Shown in pieces: positions 56,401-64,000 of a stretch of DNA of 64,000 nucleotides. The translations under genes and the position numbers were made by a program. Under the pieces are notes generated by a model. It made no database searches, was not told the origin of the DNA, and saw only the letters and a program-made list of their open reading frames with translations. This DNA is from Octopus vulgaris (taxonomy: Eukaryota), in contig OX597815.1 in assembly GCA_951406725.2 (NCBI GenBank), positions 40,238,001 to 40,302,000 of the forward strand. The letters are read 5' to 3'. Each line of letters opens with the position of its first letter. Positions within the stretch are counted from its first letter, which is position 1.

Positions 56401-59400
56401 GTTAAGAGTGCAAATGTAGAGCAATATGGTCAAGAAAAACAAAATTTAATTACTAAGAAACTGAGATTTATTATATTTCTATGATAGTGTATGAGCTATT
56501 AGTCTTTTTACTTTTTCTAATTTCAAACCATTAGGAGAAAAGGAGTACTAACAATGTTTCTTTTATTTTTAAAACTATTGAATGATCAATATATTTAAAG
56601 ATTAGCAGCAACAGTGGTGTTTTATCACTGTTCACCTTAGTATTGTTTATGTAGTAACCACAGTCACAAATATTTCCAAGTATGCACCAGTTCTAGTATA
56701 GCAAAATAACCAAGAAAGAACTTCAATATTCTGAAATTGTGTTAAAATAAAGGTAGAAGAATGAAATATTCCATTATTCTATATAGAACTGGTATTCTTA
56801 CTAACAGGCAGAACAGCTAACACATCAAACTAAATGCCTAAATCCCTTTTTTAGTTTTTGTCTTTTTTTTTATTTAAAATGTTCATAGAATGAATACCAG
56901 TAATTAAGGTCGGTTTACTCATTTACAATCTCTTTGAGAATAATTTTGCTTGAAATAGGTTTTGAAGGAGATAGGATGACACCAATTATCTCAAATCATA
57001 GGATTGTAACTATTCTTATGCATCTTTTATTTCAGGGTGGTGGTGGTCCTTTACCAAAGAATGGTGACCTTTGGCACAGTATTCGAGAAGATGGTTTGCC
57101 ATATTTATCACATTACTCTGCTGAATTTAATAAGCTGTTAAATGTAAGTAGTTCTCCTTTTATTTGCATCCCCTACTTTGCATGAAACATAATAAATTCG
57201 TTATCTCTTATAAAATAACTGAGGCAATCTGTTGTCTCATCAGTTTTATTCTAGAAAGAAAAGGCAAGAATAAAATTTACACTCAAAAAGCATAGACACT
57301 TTTTCTTTGTCTATTAATATTCAAACTCATACTCGCAGAATTTTAAATAACACCATGCTGTTTCAATATCTCATAAATAAATATAGGTCTTCTCTTATTG
57401 TTGAAGCATCATCAGGTTGTGTCTTCAAACCTTAAATATATTCTTCAATTAAAATAACTCCCAAAGACTATTCTTGGGCTAAGCCCAGCATTGCAGTTTT
57501 CCTGATCAGGCTACATAGTTGCTTGCTCTCCCTCTTTATCTTTCTCATTATTTTTATGTCCATTTTCCCTACTTGGATTGGTCTTTTCTAATGCAGTGTT
57601 TCACAGTGAGCTTTTCCCTTCTCCTTTATGGGGTCTAGCTTCTTGAGCTCTGCTTTCAAAACTTTGTTTTCTTTGGTTTTCCACGTATCTATTGATGGAT
57701 GGTTGCATGTCCAAGAGTTAGATTACTGACAAGGGTTGATATTTGTATTGAAGTCTTGTGCTCAGGTGTGCAAGAGGGAAGGCTGCTGGTATGCTTATGT
57801 GATGCATATGAATGAGAACAGCTCTATAAAGAAGTACCAGTCACTAAATTTGGATGGAACTTGAAGGATAGATAAACCCATAAATACATGGGATGAAGTA
57901 GTGAAGGCTGATCTCAAGATGTTGAGCCTCATGGAGATAACAAATGACCGAGAGGATTGGCAATTCACATTGCCTCTGAAGATCCATCTGGCTCAATGAG
58001 GTCCTACAAGCATTATGTTTATATGTAAACACTCACTGGGCACTGTCCCTGAACCCAATCTGTCCTCACCTCTCATTTTAACTACACTATTCAGCTGCCA
58101 TAATCATATAACCACAGAATATCAGAATATGCACATTTCATTCCTCTCTTTGTACTACAAGTTATCTCCCCCTTTTCTTGGAACCACATCCTTTTAAAAT
58201 CCATTCCTCATTCTCGATATTATCCCTTCCCACTTTATTTTCTAGCAATTAACACCCCCCCCCCCCATCCCATCTGTGCCTTGAATAAGATAAGGACACA
58301 TTAATTAATACTGTTTTAGAAACGAGGTGGCCATGGATAGAGTATGCTTAACTGGCTTGAATTGGAGCTAAATAGCAAAACCTGCTTCTTTGAACAAGTC
58401 CCAACTTCATAATCACTTTAAAAGCTTTTGTGTAAATTTCTACATTAACTTTTATGAGTCATTGTAGATCTTCATGAGTGAGAAAGAAGTGTTGTTTTCT
58501 ACTGTGAATTCTATACAAAACTCTGTGCTTTTGTATCATTTCGTTTTTCGATATCTTTAATTAAAACCTTTAATTATCAGTTGTAACTGTTGCATCACTG
58601 ATACTTTTAGCCTTCACAAAAGTTATATATATTTGAGTGTTTAATTCTTTTGTGTTTCCCATCTTGTCCTCAAAGAGAGCAAGATGGCAGTTTAGGCTAA
58701 CTGTTATGTAATATATCAATAATCATTGTCATCATTATTTAACATCCGCTTTCCATGCTATCGTGGGTTGGACGATTTGACTAGGACTGGCGAACCAGAT
58801 AGCTGCACCAGACTCCAATCTGATCTGGCAGAGTTTCTACAGCTGGACGCCCTTCATAATGCCAACCACTCCAAGAGTGTAGTGGGTGCTTTTACGTCCC
58901 ACTGGCATGAGGGGCCAGTCTGGCAGTACTGGCAACGGCCACGCTTAAAAATGGTGTTTTTTACATGCCACCTACACAGGAGTCAGTCCAGCGGCGCTAG
59001 TAACGATCACACTCAAATAGTGCTTTTTATGTGCCACCGGCACAGAAGCCAGACAGCTGCTTTGGCAGTGATCCCGCTTAGATGTCTGCTGCAAATGCTT
59101 GCTTTATCCCATCAATAATAAAATCAAATGTTTGATAAGTCTGACATTTTCTATTCTTAGACCATGGTTCATGTAAATGCGGAATATCGACCAACTGCAT
59201 TTGCTCTCACCAAAAGCCAAGTTTTATGTCCACAAGCAATGAAAACTAAAACTCAACTTTGCAAAGAATTAAATGAAGAAAAACTTAGGAACCGGTTACT
59301 CTCAAAGTAAGTGTGATGTTTCTTTTTATTTAAACACAAACTAAGTATATTGAATCCTTCTATTCTGTAAGTGATAATTATTGTTTTGATGTGCTTGTGT

Positions 59401-60416
59401 TTTTTTTTCTTTTTGTATGCTGGCATTGTTTACATAGCACTACTTAGCTTTCCTCTATTTGTCTTGATCAGGGATGGGTTTATGTAGGGGCATCCATACA
59501 ATTATAGCTAAAGTGTGTGATGAGATTTATGTAAAATAGGCTATGGTACACCACTGTGCCACAGCCTGGGCAAGTGCCTTCTATAGGTCCAGTCCAACCA
59601 ATGTCTTGTAAGTGGAATTGTAATTGAAAATTGAATGTAAATTTGTGTGTGTGCCTATGCAGAATATTCACATTTAGTGATGGCTTTACATGAAGTCACT
59701 CAAAAAAATGTAGTAATGTAATGTTTGCAGCACATAACAAATTTCCCTATGGCTCCATGCTTTTGAAACATACATATATTATTGAAGAAATCAAAAAATA
59801 ACACAACCATGGTGTTCAATATGTTGGCCACACGAATTTCTGTCAAGGAGGCATGGTTAAACAAAGTTGTACATCATTTCCCTCTCTCTCTTTTATTGTT
59901 ATTCCCACTGCCACCATCAACACTACTACTTTTAATAAAACATTAACTCTCGCTAAATTTCTTTCTCTCTTTCCCTCTGTCTTTGCCACCATCCTCATCG
60001 CCACTATGCCTACTATTACTCTCACCACATCATGTGGAATGATGGGAGTGTCATTGAATAGTGAAAGAGGAGGTCTCTGACACACAGAAATTAGTTTTTG
60101 CATTTATATTAGATGTATGTATGGGTGTATGTCATAAAGTTAATGTAATCTAATCTTTTCTCTTATCCTACATGAATCTTTTTTTAATTAATGTAAATCA
60201 GATAATTAGATAGAAGCTATATCATATGTTGGTAATTAGGGTCTGTTTTTGTTTACTTCTTACTGATTCCTTTTTTTCCCCCTTTTTTATAGGCAACTAG
60301 AATCCAAAAAGTGCTGCTGTAAAATTCCAACTGATAACTGTTTAGGACAGAAATGTAAATCTTCGAGATTAATAGGCCATGGCATTAAACGGAGTTACAG
60401 TTTGTCGGATATCTAA
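38423..60416 (+). CDS. wee1: Wee1-like protein kinase, 10 coding exons (38423-39234, 50344-50395, 50513-50682, 52101-52222, 52946-53074, 54567-54665, 55638-55783, 57036-57143, 59161-59306, 60293-60416), 635 aa
   Basis: Exons join in frame through GT-AG introns (1908 nt including TAA). Wee1-family motifs: Wee-box [115 protein letters not shown], C-terminal coiled coil ELNEEKLRN and RLIG..RSYSL tail. Confidence 0.96.
42204..42462 (-). mobile_element. SINE S2, 5'-truncated, in wee1 intron 1
   Basis: Reverse complement of the S2 body and tail. Confidence 0.85.
42600..43330 (-). pseudogene. Helitron PIF1-like helicase fragment, antisense in wee1 intron 1
   Basis: IAVTASRITATLL; LQDLKLTHYGGVLLSGDFKQTLAVIPKTAVDELKTC (GDFxQ.LPV motif III). 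Confidence 0.75.
44202..44583 (-). mobile_element. Full-length SINE S2 in wee1 intron 1
   Basis: Reverse complement of 34422-34805. Confidence 0.88.
48705..49005. mobile_element. Palindromic element: inverted Penelope-like arms around a tRNA-like head
   Basis: 48706-48793 mirrored by ~48912-49004; A box TGGCGTAGTGG and B box GTTCGATTCC lie between; CTGATGA...GAAA motif in the arms. Confidence 0.7.
50344..50395 (+). CDS. wee1: wee1 exon 2 (YCDILNVVEEIDCPQPK)
   Basis: ttttttcag acceptor, AAG|GTAAGG donor; phases link exons 1 and 3. Confidence 0.8.
50513..50682 (+). CDS. wee1: wee1 exon 3 (kinase subdomains I-II)
   Basis: [64 protein letters not shown] boundaries. Confidence 0.95.
52101..52222 (+). 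CDS. wee1: wee1 exon 4
   Basis: [40 protein letters not shown]; ttttgtacag acceptor, GTAAGT donor. Confidence 0.96.
52946..53074 (+). CDS. wee1: wee1 exon 5 (catalytic loop HLDIKP)
   Basis: GNLAEAVQKPASQRNLKHIIFQIANGLKYIHSKGLVHLDIKP; tttag/GTATGT boundaries. Confidence 0.95.
54025..54360 (+). mobile_element. RTE LINE endonuclease fragment in wee1 intron 5
   Basis: VVRVCDRVLKLRLVL...ISAYASQAG...AGDSNGHVG...EGTRLLEFCDA. Confidence 0.8.
54567..54665 (+). CDS. wee1: wee1 exon 6 (acidic kinase insert)
   Basis: NIFVHKEETVESGTESCSEDDPDFSPQITYKI; ttttag/GTAGGT boundaries. Confidence 0.93.
   Translation, partial: AIFLSTKKKQLKVGQNHVAKMIQISLRKSPIK
55638..55783 (+). CDS. wee1: wee1 exon 7 (DLG motif, activation segment)
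   Basis: [48 protein letters not shown]; cttcag/GTAAGT boundaries. Confidence 0.96.
57036..57143 (+). CDS. wee1: wee1 exon 8
   Basis: [36 protein letters not shown]; tttcag/GTAAGT boundaries. Confidence 0.94.
59161..59306 (+). CDS. wee1: wee1 exon 9 (kinase end and coiled coil)
   Basis: TMVHVNAEYRPTAFALTKSQVLCPQAMKTKTQLCKELNEEKLRNRLLS; cttag/GTAAGT boundaries. Confidence 0.92.
60293..60416 (+). CDS. wee1: wee1 exon 10 (last coding exon)
   Basis: QLESKKCCCKIPTDNCLGQKCKSSRLIGHGIKRSYSLSDI*; long polypyrimidine acceptor; tail resembles the vertebrate Wee1 RLIGKKMNRSVSL ending. Confidence 0.9.
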
Positions 60417-61787
60417 ACAGAAGCTTATAGACCAACTTTTTTGTTTTCCTCTCAAATTATTTAGTAATATTTTGACTTGTAAATAATTTGTTATTGTAAA
60501 CCATGTCCTTGTGTGATAAACATTGGATTCTATAATCCTAAGAACTTTTGTTTTGTCAGTATGTATTCCTTTAATATTTTGGATATCTGACAATCTGATT
60601 GAATGAATGCATCTGCAGTTACCTCATTTGAAAAATATTGCAGACAAACTAATTTTCAAATTATGAATATGTGATGCTTAAAAAATTCTGTAAATTAATT
60701 TTTATTTTGCATTTAGTGTGATTATTCTGCTCTTATTTAAACCAAACCACTTTTTGTTCTGTGGTGTCTATAAACTTCCATTGTGCATTCTTAATGTTGT
60801 CTGAAAGTTGAGATTCAAGATAAGAAATAAGTTAGGATTTCTATATATTTTTGTAGAATTTGATTTCGATGACTGAAACTTGTAAAAATAATTATAAATA
60901 TTTCTCACTAAGTTTTGTTTTACAAATTACACAAGATACTATTGGGAAGTACACCTTCCTTTCCTTTCTCTTAAATTTCACTGAAACTTTCAAGCAAATG
61001 TAATAAACCTTCTAAGGTTTATAAACTGAAAACCAGTTATCATTAAATAGCACCACATACAGAAATGACACTACTTTTTAATTAGGTTTTTAAAGATTTG
61101 AAAAAGAATGTATGCTGTTTTTCTTAAGTAAACTCTAACTTAAAGTAGTCCAAAAATCAAAAGACAAGTGAATACAGTATATTATTGTTATATCTGTATA
61201 TTAGGTGTGCAGTAGTAACTTAAATAACTGGTAAAAGTGCTCAGAATATTTGTACATATGTTAGAAGAGCTTTTAAAAAATTTTTTTTTCCTCACCTTAG
61301 ATTTGTACATATGAACTTCTATAGCAGATAAATGTTTTGTTTGTTTTTTTTGTAGCTTTTTGCTACAGTACTGTATATGTATGTGTGTACACACATTCAC
61401 ACAGCTCTCAGTAACAAATTAAAATGTGTACAAGCAAATTGACTTGCCTAAAAAATGCAAGTTTCTCAGAATCACTTGCTGGCTGTCTCTCTATTAAATT
61501 GGTAGTTAAGTTTCAAGACACGTTAAGTTAACTGAATGTTCGACTTCCACTTTAAATATTTTTAATATGCAAAATATCAAATTATAAATACGTACACTTT
61601 TATTTTCTTGCCACATACGACAATCTTATCTTGCTCTTAAATCTTGTCATGCTCCCAGAGCTAAATTTATATTCTGTTTTCTCTCTCTCTCTCCCTAATA
61701 TTTCTATTTTTATAATAAAACCATAATGTAGCCTAAAATGTTTTGATTCTGAAAAAAAAAAAAGGAAGAAAAATGGCTATATCTGTA

Positions 61788-61793
61788 AATAAA
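61788..61793 (+). terminator. Candidate wee1 polyadenylation signal
   Basis: AATAAA followed by a GT/T-rich tract (61811-61845); alternative AATAAA at 61714. Confidence 0.4.
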
Positions 61794-64000
61794 ATACTTG
61801 TTCTAAGAAATTGTATATTTTTGTCTCTTTTTTTTTTTTCTTTTAATTTAGAAACAAGGAAAATAGAAAATATGAATTAAAAAATTTTAATGCATATACT
61901 TTACACGCATTTGTATCTTTTTACCACTACCACTTTGTGGGCATAGTTACAAAATCAAAAAGGAGCACAGCATCCATGATCTCCAGAATCTTTTTCACAA
62001 AGGGAATTGTCAAAACATGAAATAAACAACCCATGTCATTTGTTAGCTATCAGGAAACCTCATCCTTCAAAAGATTCCATGCTTCCCAAAATTTACTAAC
62101 ACTGCTCCTGGAGTGCCTGTCTGCCTTTTTATAAGTCTGCTTTCTGTCCTTTCTTTTAATCTTTCATGATAGTTTTATACAAGTGTTTTGTTCATTTTTT
62201 ATCTTTTGTTGAAATTGCAAGTTATGGAGAAGTATTACTTTGCTTGGAAACAGGTGACAGAAAGGGCATACAGCTATAGTAAATCTGATCCATGCAAAGA
62301 TGGAAAAAGTTGCAGTTATAAAAGACTGTAAATTCTGTAAATTAATTTTTATTTTGCATTTAGTGTGACCCAAATCCTAAAAGGTCAGACTAAAATGATA
62401 GGAGTTGTTAGTCTGAGAGTTCTCATTGCTTCAAGCTGATATGAAAATTTAAAACTCAGCAGAGCAAATTCATTAACACAACACTCATTAAAAGTACAGT
62501 GTTCCAACTGCTTACAGTTATAAAAGATACATCTCACTAAAAACTAAAGAACTTTTTGTATATAGTGTTCAGAAAATATGTTAAGTAAAAAAAAAAAAAC
62601 TTCCCCATTTTATAAAATCTAATAGTTAAGTAATCCTTAGTTTTCTATTTAATCCAAAAACCTTCAGAATTACCTCCCTTTTTATTAACGTTTATATATT
62701 TGAAGCAAGTAACGTTGCGAGTCTGTAGACACTGATTAGAGGACAGAGGAACTACAACTTAATATTTCTCCCCGCAAACACTCGGTGATGGAGTTACCAG
62801 CACCTATGCTTTCTGTATATTTACCTCCACTGCCAATTAGATTACCTAGGTAACAAAAGGTATCAAGTACTTATGGTCAACCTTTTTGTATTTGGTGGAA
62901 TTTTCATGTTTTATTACTGTTCATCTGCCACGTACAAATTCTACCTTGTCTGTGATTCCACATCTTGCATGTATCTATAGTTTATGTTGAGTGCACTGCC
63001 TCTTGAATTTCTTCCTACTTCTCTTCTGCTTAATGAGCATTCCCATATATATATATATATATGTAATGGTAGTTGTCTTCACTCTTTCGTCATCTTAACA
63101 TTTACTTTTCCATGTGCACATAGGTTGGATAAAATTTGCTAAAGTGGATTTTCTGCATTCAAATACTTTTGCTTCCAAGTAAAGTAATATTTCCCCATAA
63201 TCAAATGTTTTCACACAAAAATGGAAATAAAGGACATTAATGATGTTGACACTTGATGTCAAGGTAAGGAGACAATAATATGATGGGCTTTCAGTTTCTG
63301 TTAACCAAATCCACTCGAGGTTTTGATCAGTCTGGACCCATATAGTAGAGGATGCTTGCTCAAGGTTCCACACATTGGTGCTGTATCTACTTATAAAACC
63401 TTAGTTTACTTTGAGGCCTCTTGATTCTAGGTTTTGCTTCCAGACTTGGAATTTCTTCTCTAAATCTACTTATTCAACTATAAGAATACAAGAGTTCATA
63501 TGAGAGCATGTCTTAAACTCTGTTCCTATGGAATGGAAGGCTACAAATAGACAGGAGGGGACTGAGCCCTAACAGATCTACCTGCATGCTAAATTTGTTG
63601 CTAACTGCACCCATAAATGACTGGCATGACCTTCACAAGTTTTTCATATTACCCTGATTTCCAAAGCAATTAATAGTTAACAGAGCATGGAACCATGTCC
63701 AAGGCTTTCTCCAAGTTGATGAATACTAAACAGAGGGGTTTATCATTTTAATTTCCACTCTTCCATGGTTGCATAGGTCAGATAGGCTTTGTTGAGATGG
63801 ATTTTCTACAGCCAGCAGCTCTTCCTGTTACTAACCCTCACCTGTTTCCAAGTTAGGTAATGTTTTCATGGAAGACAGAAAATGGAAAGCACCATTTGCA
63901 TGACTGACACTCATTTACAACTAATGTAATATCAAGGCAAGGAGACAGTAACATGCATATATACACAGCAGCCTTCTTTCAGTTTCCATATACGAGATTC

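Overview
AT-rich, intron- and repeat-rich eukaryotic DNA. The SINE/LINE families look like those of a coleoid cephalopod (Octopus-like; inferred from repeat sequence only). The right half carries one complete 10-exon Wee1-family kinase gene on the + strand (38423-60416; GT-AG introns, 1908 nt spliced CDS, 635 aa). The left half is a transposon graveyard: seven copies of a TTAGGG-containing MITE with 8-bp TSDs plus two long fold-back relatives, fold-back hAT and mariner derivatives, Helitron helicase fragments, CR1/RTE/Tx1/R4-like LINE remnants, SINEs and microsatellites. Most notable observations: (1) a tRNA-headed element with hammerhead-ribozyme-like Penelope-type arms in wee1 intron 1; (2) the telomere-repeat MITE family; (3) a His codon in the Wee1 activation segment that one A-to-I edit would restore to the conserved Arg; (4) splice-site evidence for an unannotated minus-strand transcript divergent from wee1. 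All calls were made by eye; no database searches were run.
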